A stretch of 64,000 nt of DNA, from positions 11,957 to 75,956 of the forward strand of contig JAGDXJ010000053.1 in assembly GCA_023256355.1 (NCBI GenBank), given 5' to 3'. Within the stretch, counting starts at the first letter, position 1, and each line of letters opens with the position of its first letter. Below the pieces are notes generated by a model. It was not told the DNA's origin. It saw nothing but the letters and a program-made list of their open reading frames with translations, and made no database searches. Positions 48,012-56,789 of the stretch are shown one piece after another. The translations under genes and the position numbers were made by a program. The stretch is from Nitrososphaerales archaeon. Its GTDB lineage: Archaea > Thermoproteota > Nitrososphaeria > Conexivisphaerales > UBA164.

Positions 48012-49109
48012 TTATGTAAAATCAGAATGCATCATTTTTATGTCCGTTTCACTTATATTTTCTTTTTCAGCCACATAGTGTATAAAGCTCTCTAAGAAAA
48101 ACAGGGTTCTTAGCTCAAAAGCAGAGTATTTGGGATCTTGTGGAAAATAACTGCTTCTGAGCCCTTTTAGCTTAAATATCTGTCTCCCTGGGATTACCAG
48201 AGTAAGGTCTGAAACCTTTGAAAGTCTTGAGTCCTGAAAAGATGTCACAGTAGCAACCTTAGCTCCCTTAGTTTTTGCTTTTTCTGCCAAATTAGCAAAA
48301 AATTCAGAAGCTGATCCAGAAATTATAAACACAAGGTCATCTCGTCTTACAGCGACGCTTCCTTTATCAAGCCAAAAATTAACTGGTCTTTCAGCATTAC
48401 CCTTAGAAAGGTGTCTTAGTCTTGTAGAGAAAAATCTTCCAACTATTCCACTAAGTCCTTCTCCTAAAACAGTTGTCTTTTGTTTTGCATACTCTGACGC
48501 CTTTGGTAAAATTTCATAAAGCCGTTCATAATAATCTGATGGCGGTTCGAACTCCTTTATCAAAGCTACTAGCTTTCTGTATGATTCGATTAACTCTTGC
48601 CCTCTTATATATGATACAATGGATAAGAGGAATAGCAGAGATCGTAGCTCGAAAAGCGTTCCGAGAGGCGTCAAAGGTGCTGTAGAAGTTCCAAGAAGAT
48701 TGTTCACGAAATAATCAGTTTCTTTCCACTTTCTGGCTCCCGGGATCAAGATTATTTTATCTGAAATTGCTGCAAGAGGACTGGCTTGGTCGCTAGTTAA
48801 TGAAATTATAAAAGATCCACCTTCTTTTGCTACTTTAGCAACTTCTATTGTATATTGAGTAGATCCGCTTCCAGATATGGCGACAAGCAAATCACATGGT
48901 CCAAATACATATGGAACATCATTCGGGCCGAAAGTTTGATCCACACCTATATTTCTCAAAAATTTGACAAACGCATCAGCTACGTCGCCTGATCTTCCGG
49001 TTCCAAAAACTATAACTCTTTTTGAATTTGTTATCCTGCCGATGATCCATTGTAGATCTTCATTCGGTTCATACGTAGAAACACTCTCAACTAACCTTGT
49101 ATAGCTCAC
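48012..49109 (-). CDS. Tandem SIS-domain sugar-phosphate isomerase/binding protein
   Basis: 365 aa with two SIS-like halves (VFGTGRSGDVA...AISGSGST and VLGEGLSG...ISGSASE). Confidence 0.55.
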   Translation of the reverse strand: MSYTRLVESVSTYEPNEDLQWIIGRITNSKRVIVFGTGRSGDVADAFVKFLRNIGVDQTFGPNDVPYVFGPCDLLVAISGSGSTQYTIEVAKVAKEGGSFIISLTSDQASPLAAISDKIILIPGARKWKETDYFVNNLLGTSTAPLTPLGTLFELRSLLFLLSIVSYIRGQELIESYRKLVALIKEFEPPSDYYERLYEILPKASEYAKQKTTVLGEGLSGIVGRFFSTRLRHLSKGNAERPVNFWLDKGSVAVRRDDLVFIISGSASEFFANLAEKAKTKGAKVATVTSFQDSRLSKVSDLTLVIPGRQIFKLKGLRSSYFPQDPKYSAFELRTLFFLESFIHYVAEKENISETDIKMMHSDFT

Positions 49110-49242
49110 GACATACAGTCAAACATTCTTAAATATAAATTAAAACCGTATACTAAATTTTGAGCTTTTTGTTATCAAAAATTATTAAAGCTAAAAAAGT
49201 TTATTTATTTAAGAACTTAAAATATATCTAAATAAAAAGTAT

Positions 49243-49938
49243 TCAATAAAGGGCAAAAAACAACTTTCTCCAAACAAAAACATCAATGTGCAGCTGATCT
49301 ATTCCGGATTTTTTTGAAATCTCTCTCCAAACCTTAAGAGCACAGTCAACTTTCGTTTGCCCTTTTATAAGTTTCAAGCTTTTTGTAACTTTTAATACTC
49401 TGTTATCTAAGGGGATCGGTATTTGGTTTGGAATCTTAGCATGAATTCCTTCTGTTATTAACCCATAATGGAACATTTTACACGCGAAAGAAATTGTTTT
49501 CTGATATGAGGTTCCGTAAATTTTTAAAAGATCTTCATAGAGTTTTCCAAGATCTTTTTTATAGTTTTCTAGATTTAATGATAAAACATCCTCTCTATTT
49601 TTTAGAAGATAAAGCCTTTTTAATTTAGCATTCCTGGCAAGTTCTCTATTTTTAAGTATAAACTCCTCTATGCTTCTATATGGGTCTGAATGCTTTATTT
49701 CAAAAGTTGAAAGCGCATTCCAATATATTTCGCCACTGGTTTTAAGTCGATAAGCAACCACGCTTGCGGCAATTATAAAGTTATAAAAACATTTTTCATC
49801 GCATTTTAGCCTAATCTTTTTTAACGCTTCTAACTGAGGATCGTTCAGTTCAAGCTCATAATAATAATCGAGTTCTAATGACCTTAAAAAATAAGAAATT
49901 AAATTCACATTTTCGTTATCTATTTTACATTTTTCCAT
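49243..49938 (-). CDS. N-glycosylase/DNA lyase (AGOG, archaeal 8-oxoguanine glycosylase)
   Basis: 231 aa with SVVAYRLKTSGEIYW, KTISFACKMFHYG (Lys), IPIPLDNRVLKVT (Asp) and GIDQLHIDVFVW, which match the AGOG pattern as I recall it. Confidence 0.7.
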   Translation of the reverse strand: MEKCKIDNENVNLISYFLRSLELDYYYELELNDPQLEALKKIRLKCDEKCFYNFIIAASVVAYRLKTSGEIYWNALSTFEIKHSDPYRSIEEFILKNRELARNAKLKRLYLLKNREDVLSLNLENYKKDLGKLYEDLLKIYGTSYQKTISFACKMFHYGLITEGIHAKIPNQIPIPLDNRVLKVTKSLKLIKGQTKVDCALKVWREISKKSGIDQLHIDVFVWRKLFFALY

Positions 49939-49940
49939 TT

Positions 49941-51473
49941 TTAATATGTTGGATAAACTTTAAGCAGCATACCTTCTACAAGTACAGGCAATTTCCTTTC
50001 AGCTATAGTTATAGCATCAGAAAGTTTGGAACTTCTTTCTGCATATATCTCTAAAAGCGGATCGTTCTTGTTGACTTTATACCCTTGTTTTTGATAAAGA
50101 ACAACACCTGCACCCTTATCGAGAGGTGCTCCAGCGGCTCTTGAGATCTCAACTATAGCTTCATTATCCACAGCGGTTACATAGCCGTCTGTTTCAGCCT
50201 TTATTATATGTCTATAACTTCCAACAGGAAGATCGTCTGGTTTTATGTTTGGATTTCCGCCTTGTGCCTCGATTATTTCTTTCATTTTTTGGTAAGTTTT
50301 ACCTTTCATTATCATATCCATTGCCGCTTCATATCCTTGCCCTTTTTGGACAACACCGGTAGCTTCTAGAAGTATTCCTGCAAGAGATGCTGACTTTGAA
50401 AGTAAACTCATGCTTGCCTGTGATGGATTTATTAATGCTGATAACGCTTCTCTTGCTTCAAGGGCTGGGCCGACAGCTCTTCCTATTGGTTGACCTCCGT
50501 AGGTTATGCCTGATCTAACACTAGCTCCAAGACTTTTTCCAAGTTCGTAAAAATCTTTTGCAAGTCTTTCAGCTTCTGAAATGTCGTTAAGCTTCGTTCC
50601 TTTTCCAACAGGCAGATCTAGGGCTATTACCTTTGCTCCAACAGCTAACTTTTTTGCAAGAACGCTCGCCATCATTAACCCTCTAGGGTTTATCCTTAAT
50701 GGGTTCTCGATCTTAATTAGATAGTCATCAGCTGGAGCAAGGTTTAAAGTGCCTCCCCATACTATGCAACCATGTGTCTTTGTTACTATTGATTTTATTT
50801 CATTCAGTGTGAACTTAACGTTTGCAAGCACAGACATTGTATCAGCGGTGCCAGAGGGGCTAGTTATCGCGCTGCTGCTTGTTTTTGGTATATAAAGATC
50901 AGTCAAAGCTACCGTAGGAACTATCAACAAAGTGACTTTATTTCCAGGCACACCCCCAATGGAATGCTTATCTACAGTAAAGCCAGGAAGATCTAACTTT
51001 TCACCGCTTTCAACCATTGCAAGAGTAAGTGTTTTTATTTCTTCAAGATCCAATCCAACATAGTTTATTGCAAATATAAACTCTGCTATTTCAAGATCAC
51101 TAAGCTCATTATCAACAAGATCTTTTATGATTTCTTTTATCTCGTTTTCAGAAAGCTTTTCTCCTTTAACTTTTTTTCTTATATATTCAACTGCAAGAGG
51201 TGTCTGCTCGTACTGCACGTTAATATTATCACCATCTTTTATGTCTAAAGCTTCTGAAAGGTCTTCGTATATGCCGATTATTCCTTTGGGCACCAAGCTC
51301 TTTGTGGTTTCAACTATACAAGTGGATGATTTTGAGTCAGAAATAACCTTCACTCTGTCGTTAAGTTCTATTCCAATTTTTTGGGCGTCCTCCTCGTTGA
51401 TTATTACGGATCTTTTACCAGCTTTTACATCTATTATTTTGGCTTTAAGTTCCACGTTAAAAAGCAATATCAA
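49941..51473 (-). CDS. deoA: AMP phosphorylase (archaeal thymidine-phosphorylase family, DeoA-type)
   Basis: 510 aa. It carries the extra N-terminal domain characteristic of AMP phosphorylases, followed by HSIGGVPGNK and SSSAITSPSGTADT. Confidence 0.8.
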   Translation of the reverse strand: MILLFNVELKAKIIDVKAGKRSVIINEEDAQKIGIELNDRVKVISDSKSSTCIVETTKSLVPKGIIGIYEDLSEALDIKDGDNINVQYEQTPLAVEYIRKKVKGEKLSENEIKEIIKDLVDNELSDLEIAEFIFAINYVGLDLEEIKTLTLAMVESGEKLDLPGFTVDKHSIGGVPGNKVTLLIVPTVALTDLYIPKTSSSAITSPSGTADTMSVLANVKFTLNEIKSIVTKTHGCIVWGGTLNLAPADDYLIKIENPLRINPRGLMMASVLAKKLAVGAKVIALDLPVGKGTKLNDISEAERLAKDFYELGKSLGASVRSGITYGGQPIGRAVGPALEAREALSALINPSQASMSLLSKSASLAGILLEATGVVQKGQGYEAAMDMIMKGKTYQKMKEIIEAQGGNPNIKPDDLPVGSYRHIIKAETDGYVTAVDNEAIVEISRAAGAPLDKGAGVVLYQKQGYKVNKNDPLLEIYAERSSKLSDAITIAERKLPVLVEGMLLKVYPTY

Positions 51474-51515
51474 CGATAGTATTAAAGCTTTAAGCTTAAA
51501 ACATTAAGCGTTACT

Positions 51516-53660
51516 ATGCTGTTTGAAGATGCGCTAAATATAAGAAAGAAAACAGACGTCGACCCTCAGGTCGATATTGAAATAAAGGACAAGTTTTATT
51601 CTATAAACGAACCGATATTTACCAAAAAAGACTTTATAAATTACGCTGAGCTCAGAGAATATCTACTTAAGCTAGTAAGCGAATCATACGGAGGTCATAA
51701 TTCCACTTATTATGATCCGCTTAAAGGTACAAAGATTAATTCAATTTTTTCAGATTATTTTGGGCAGTGGGAATCAGATTTTATTTATTTTGTTAAAGAC
51801 ATAAAGAATCCTAAAGTTGAGCCTCCTAAAGGTAACGGTTATATTGTTTTTGATATAACAAGCAGGTTCATAATCAGGTTTGTGGATGCTAAAGCACCAG
51901 TTGCTGTAGCAAGTAGCAAATTAGCCGACATTATGAATTTAAAATCGAACTCTTTGCCTGTTAAAATAGGCACATCATTTTACAGGCTATATTTTTCTGA
52001 AAACGTTAAAGCTCCCATTTTCTTTGACGGTAACACGGCTTCTTACGAACAAAAAGGGAAGGTTGTAAGTTTTGGCGAACTTCTACTTCCATTAAATTCA
52101 TGCTCTGATATTTTCGGACAGAGTTGCAAAAATAGCGTACAGAAATTTAACGAGGCTTTAGAAGAAGCAAGAACAACGGGATACTTAAGCCCATACTTTT
52201 CTTTTCCAAGATCGATTTTTAAAATTAAAATGCTTGATGAAGAAAGAATTGAACTAAGCGATACATCTATTCAGACATTAATAAATTCCTCCGTGCCTTT
52301 TGTCATTGAAAAAGAAAAAAACAGTATAAGGCTTATGGATGTTGAAGACGAAAGGACGAAAGCCATTTTGTACATAGCAAAAAGGGGCCTTGGAGGCATA
52401 AACGTATATGAACCTTACAGGGGAACTTTTAAGGTTTACATTAGAGTAGACAAAGATCTTCATGAACTTAGCAAATATGACGGAGTTCTTGCTTCTAAGA
52501 GTCTTGCAACTAACGCAACTAACTCGGGTTTAAGATTAAGGTTATGTGAAAATTGTAGCAGGACTACGCCTTTTAGAAAATGTGAAAGATGTGGATCAAA
52601 AACAGTTGAAATATATTATTGCAAAAGATGCGGTATATATACAAAAGAAAAAATTTGTCCCAAATGTGGCTCAAAAACATCAGAATCTTATATAACTGAT
52701 TTAAATTTGAATGAAAGCTTAAGTTACCTCGCTAGCAGGCTAAACATAACAGGCTTACGAAACCCAACGCTTCCTAAAAATTTATTTAACGAACCAGAAC
52801 TTCCAGATAAGCTTGTACTAAGGCAAAAAAATTCATTGTTAACAAGCAAATACGGAATTATATTGACGCCAATTAAGATGCAGGCCGGAAATATAAGCGG
52901 AAGCGAAATTGAAATGCCTGCTAAGTATGAACCTCTTATTAAGGAGATTAAATCTTTTATTTATGAAGAGTTAGTTAATGTCTACGGTAAAGAGACAGAT
53001 ATTGAGAATATAGGATCCAGTATAATTATTTTTAACAAACCCCTTAATGCCGGAATTGAGCTTAAGATAAAAGGTTACAGACAGGGTAACGAAGCTATAG
53101 TGAATCCTAACGTGCTAGAATTTGCAGGTCTAGGCGTCATTGATAACCAAGCATATTTTGCTTTAAGTGAAGATGCGGCATTAAACTGCGTATGTCCAAA
53201 GGGTAAAGGAATTATCATTTATAGGTCAGCTGAAAACGTCGATCTTTATCCTGTTAAATTAGATTATATGAGAACCCCAATATACCAGCAAAGCATAGCT
53301 GAAATAATAAAAGGCGCTATAAATTTACTTTCAAACACATATCCTGATGTCTTAAACGAAAGAGATTCAATTTCATTGATAAAGAAAGTTGAAGATATGT
53401 TTGTCAGGCAATCTTATATTTGCGAAAAGTGTGGCAAAAAGCTTAAGGTTCCTACGTTAAATATGCGATGTCCCGTATGCGGTTCAAAGTTAAGGCCAAG
53501 GTTTACCTCTTCTGATTTAAACAATTTTATTTTACAATTAAATGCTCTCACAGAGAACTTTCAGGCTTCTCCATACAAAGAGATAATCGAAATATATGTT
53601 AACAGTATAAAAAACATCTTTAGAACTTCGAGCCAGATGAGCATAGGAGATTTCTGGTAA
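51516..53660 (+). CDS. DNA polymerase D large subunit (DP2)-like protein, shortened and lacking the acidic catalytic motif
   Basis: 714 aa. Tandem Zn ribbons are at C344-C384 (CENC..CERCG..CKRCG..CPKCG). EPELPDKLVLRQKNS resembles DP2 EPLEKGLLRAKN. The C-terminal CEKCGKKLKVPTLNMRCPVCGSKL resembles DP2 CxKCNxKFRRPPLxGKCPxCGGK. The tail ends SIGDFW. There is no NCDGDED-like motif. Confidence 0.5.
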   Translation: MLFEDALNIRKKTDVDPQVDIEIKDKFYSINEPIFTKKDFINYAELREYLLKLVSESYGGHNSTYYDPLKGTKINSIFSDYFGQWESDFIYFVKDIKNPKVEPPKGNGYIVFDITSRFIIRFVDAKAPVAVASSKLADIMNLKSNSLPVKIGTSFYRLYFSENVKAPIFFDGNTASYEQKGKVVSFGELLLPLNSCSDIFGQSCKNSVQKFNEALEEARTTGYLSPYFSFPRSIFKIKMLDEERIELSDTSIQTLINSSVPFVIEKEKNSIRLMDVEDERTKAILYIAKRGLGGINVYEPYRGTFKVYIRVDKDLHELSKYDGVLASKSLATNATNSGLRLRLCENCSRTTPFRKCERCGSKTVEIYYCKRCGIYTKEKICPKCGSKTSESYITDLNLNESLSYLASRLNITGLRNPTLPKNLFNEPELPDKLVLRQKNSLLTSKYGIILTPIKMQAGNISGSEIEMPAKYEPLIKEIKSFIYEELVNVYGKETDIENIGSSIIIFNKPLNAGIELKIKGYRQGNEAIVNPNVLEFAGLGVIDNQAYFALSEDAALNCVCPKGKGIIIYRSAENVDLYPVKLDYMRTPIYQQSIAEIIKGAINLLSNTYPDVLNERDSISLIKKVEDMFVRQSYICEKCGKKLKVPTLNMRCPVCGSKLRPRFTSSDLNNFILQLNALTENFQASPYKEIIEIYVNSIKNIFRTSSQMSIGDFW

Positions 53661-53662
53661 TA

Positions 53663-54022
53663 TTAGAAATAAAAAAAGTCTAGCACAACATTTTGGGACT
53701 TTATATAGGGTTTTCCATTTCTGTTTATTATACTGGCTTTACCATGCGCCGCAACAGCGTAAGCTTTCTTTTCCCCCTCGTAAATATCCATGTTAATTAT
53801 AAAATTGCCTGTTTTTATGTCTAATATTTTTTCTCTTTGTACTATTCTAAAATTTTCTTTATGTGGTATTTCTTTTGTAATAAAATCTAGCAGTTCTTTC
53901 TTTAACCTGTTCTCAAACGAAGTATTTTTCTTTGATTTAAAAAACCCGTATACTTCTTTATCAATAGTAATTACCTTTAAGTCCTTGGGTTTGTCTTCAT
54001 CATTTGAAATTTTATTTGACAT
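53663..54022 (-). CDS. Hypothetical protein
   Basis: A 119-aa ORF with no recognisable motif. It converges on the DP2-like gene, with 2 nt between the stop codons. Confidence 0.4.
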   Translation of the reverse strand: MSNKISNDEDKPKDLKVITIDKEVYGFFKSKKNTSFENRLKKELLDFITKEIPHKENFRIVQREKILDIKTGNFIINMDIYEGEKKAYAVAAHGKASIINRNGKPYIKSQNVVLDFFYF

Positions 54023-54121
54023 TTATTATTAAAAAATAAATTTATAAAATATTATAAACATATCCCAAAAATAAAAAGCTACAGGAAAAATTATTAAACG
54101 ATCTCGTACAATCAACTGCTG

Positions 54122-55030
54122 TTGAAAGAATTAAACACATACTTTTTCGGCATATTTCCAAGATCGGAAAAGCTGATAGATATAACCCGTAAAAAGCAAA
54201 ATTACCATGAAGATCTAATACAAGAATCTCTAAAAATAATTGAGTATCAGAAATCCAAGAGCTTTAAAATTATAAGCGATCCGCAGATCACGTGGGAAGA
54301 CATGTTCAGACCCTTAGCTTTATCTGCAGAAGGCATAACCGTCAATGGTTTGAACCGATATTTTGAGACGAATACGTTTTATAAGGTGCCAGTGATTCGC
54401 GCAAAACCTTCAGTTAAAGAAGGCATACTCAAAAAGTATCTCGCAACAGGGGCAGAGCTCATATCTTTTCCAGATCCGTTTACTTTTTCATGCTTAAGTA
54501 AAGATGAGTTTTATGGGGATAAAGAAAAGTTCATAGAAGGTATAGGCAACCTTATTGCTACATTTGCTTCACAAATCAGTAAAGAGGGATACCGATATCT
54601 AATCCTAAAAGGACCATCTTACGGCAACTGTGAATTCAGAAATTATGAAAAAAGCATAAAAGACGCACTTTCTGTTATTAAAGCCTCATTTAAAGGAAAA
54701 GTTATTATTCACATTTACTTTTATAGAAATTTAAACGCGTTAAACTTTTTAGCATCTTCTCCAGTTGATGGTATAGGTGTTGACATGTATTCATTTAAAA
54801 CAGACGATATTAAAAATTTAGTAAATAATGGTAAAGAACTCGCTTTAGGAATTATAAATGGATTTAACACCAAAATGGAAAATGAAGATCATATAATAAA
54901 CGTCATAAGAAGCTTAAACTTTAACGGACCATTGTACATAACAAATAACGTGGACTTCGAATTTTTGCCGCAGAAATTTGCTTTAAAAAAGGTAGATTTG
55001 ATTTCTAAAATAGCTGGTGAGATTTCATGA
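54122..55030 (+). CDS. MetE N-terminal-domain-like protein (split cobalamin-independent methionine synthase)
   Basis: 302 aa with a TTG start. It is a UROD/MetE-like barrel, translationally coupled to the catalytic MetE-like gene. Confidence 0.6.
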   Translation: MKELNTYFFGIFPRSEKLIDITRKKQNYHEDLIQESLKIIEYQKSKSFKIISDPQITWEDMFRPLALSAEGITVNGLNRYFETNTFYKVPVIRAKPSVKEGILKKYLATGAELISFPDPFTFSCLSKDEFYGDKEKFIEGIGNLIATFASQISKEGYRYLILKGPSYGNCEFRNYEKSIKDALSVIKASFKGKVIIHIYFYRNLNALNFLASSPVDGIGVDMYSFKTDDIKNLVNNGKELALGIINGFNTKMENEDHIINVIRSLNFNGPLYITNNVDFEFLPQKFALKKVDLISKIAGEIS

Positions 55031-56031
55031 GCCTGTTTAAAACTCAGGAAATAGGAAGCTTAAAAAAGCCAAGCTGGCTGCTTGAGTACTTAAAAACGAG
55101 CACATCAGAAGAGGATAAAAAGGCAGCCCTTGACGATGCATCATTTATAAATTTAAAAATGCTCGAGCACATAGGTTTAGACTTTGTCTATGACGGAGAA
55201 GCAAGAAGGATTGAAATGTACGAGCTTCCGGCAAAGTTTATACGTGGATTTGAGTTTGTTGGAAGGGTTAGGTCATGGGATAATAAATATTATAAAAAAG
55301 CTAGGATCGTCGACAGAGTATCATTTGAAAAAAACTATCATTTAGAAGAATTCATTTTTGTAAAAGAATACGCCATAAAGACACCCAAGGTTCCAGTTAC
55401 GGGAGCTTATACCCTAATGGATTGGTCTTATAACGAATACTATAATTCAAGAGAAGATCTAGCTATGGATTTAGCAAAACAGATAATAAACAGAATATTA
55501 AAAGAACTCGAAAATGCAGGGATGAAAGTTGTGCAAATAGATGAGCCAGCAGCTACAACGCATCCAGCTGAAATGGAATTGTTCGTAAAAATATTTAATG
55601 AACAAGTTAAAGGCTTGAATGCTAAGATAAATACTCACATATGTTATAGTGGAGACGAGTATTCAAGCCTCATGCCGGTAATTCCAGATTTAAAGGCAAA
55701 ACACTTTGCTCTGGAATTTGCAAACAGGGATTCCATGAACCTTGGAGTTGACGATGCGGCAAGGCCAGGCTACAGGGCTCTGAAGGCATTCAGAGAATAT
55801 GCTAGCGATAGAGAAATAGGCCTTGGAGTATTGGATGTTCACTCCGATTATGTAGAACCGCCAGAACTGGTTAGGGATAGAATATTATATGCAGTTAAAA
55901 TATTAGGCGACCCGTCCAAAATTTACGTTAATCCTGATTGTGGGCTCAGAACAAGAAAAAGAGAAATAGCCTTTGCAAAGCTAAAAAACATGATTAAAGG
56001 AGTAAGGCTTGCAGAAGCAGCTATAAGATGA
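55027..56031 (+). CDS. metE: Cobalamin-independent methionine synthase catalytic-domain protein (MetE-like)
   Basis: 334 aa with GSLKKPSWL, VQIDEPA, HICYS and NPDCGLRTR (Zn ligands). Confidence 0.8.
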   Translation: MSLFKTQEIGSLKKPSWLLEYLKTSTSEEDKKAALDDASFINLKMLEHIGLDFVYDGEARRIEMYELPAKFIRGFEFVGRVRSWDNKYYKKARIVDRVSFEKNYHLEEFIFVKEYAIKTPKVPVTGAYTLMDWSYNEYYNSREDLAMDLAKQIINRILKELENAGMKVVQIDEPAATTHPAEMELFVKIFNEQVKGLNAKINTHICYSGDEYSSLMPVIPDLKAKHFALEFANRDSMNLGVDDAARPGYRALKAFREYASDREIGLGVLDVHSDYVEPPELVRDRILYAVKILGDPSKIYVNPDCGLRTRKREIAFAKLKNMIKGVRLAEAAIR

Positions 56032-56708
56032 AAGTTACTTTTATACTTGCAGAAGCCGCGCTTGAACCTATACCATCATCTCTCAGGAAAGACCCTCGAA
56101 TAGTAAATTCTTGTAAAAAATTAGGAAAAAAGCCCGATAGATGTCTACTTGATAAATCGCTTCATTATTGGGCCATGGATAGATTAAGAGATAAAGAAAA
56201 AAGGGGAAGACCTGATATAACATATCACGTTATGTTGGATGTAACCTCATCGCCGCTTTATAAAAGCGGGTTGCTTGATTTTTTCGTTCACACTTATAAT
56301 GACTATGTAATTAAGGTCGGAAATAGCGTTAGACCACCGCATGCTTATGTAAGATTTGAAGGTTTAATTTTGGATTTATTTGAGAAAAAAATTATAAAAG
56401 ACGTTAACGGCAAAGTATTGCTAGAATTAAAACGCGGGAAAGTTAAGGATATTTTAAACGAAATAGGGATAAGTTCAGCTGTAGGGTTTGAAGTTGATGG
56501 AGAACTGGTTACCTATGAACACGCAGCTAAACAGATAATTTCTGGGCAAAGGGTTTTCATAGTTGGAGGGTTTTCTACAGGTGATTTTTCGATAGAAACA
56601 TCTTCGATTTTTGTTAAAAGGTTTTCATTAGCCCGTGAGATGCTTGAGGCTGATACCGTAACCTGTAGATTAATTTATGAAATAGAAAAAGTTCTTTTTA
56701 CAAAATAA
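56028..56708 (+). CDS. nep1: Ribosomal RNA small subunit methyltransferase Nep1 (EMG1)
   Basis: 226 aa. FILAEAALEPIP and KRGRPDITYHVML match the Nep1 SPOUT pattern. Confidence 0.75.
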   Translation: MKVTFILAEAALEPIPSSLRKDPRIVNSCKKLGKKPDRCLLDKSLHYWAMDRLRDKEKRGRPDITYHVMLDVTSSPLYKSGLLDFFVHTYNDYVIKVGNSVRPPHAYVRFEGLILDLFEKKIIKDVNGKVLLELKRGKVKDILNEIGISSAVGFEVDGELVTYEHAAKQIISGQRVFIVGGFSTGDFSIETSSIFVKRFSLAREMLEADTVTCRLIYEIEKVLFTK

Positions 56709-56789
56709 GATAACAATTCTTTATCTTTCAAGTTTTCGGTAAAGTTTTTAAATAGTACAATTTATAATACCATAGTTAGGTGGTGTAAC

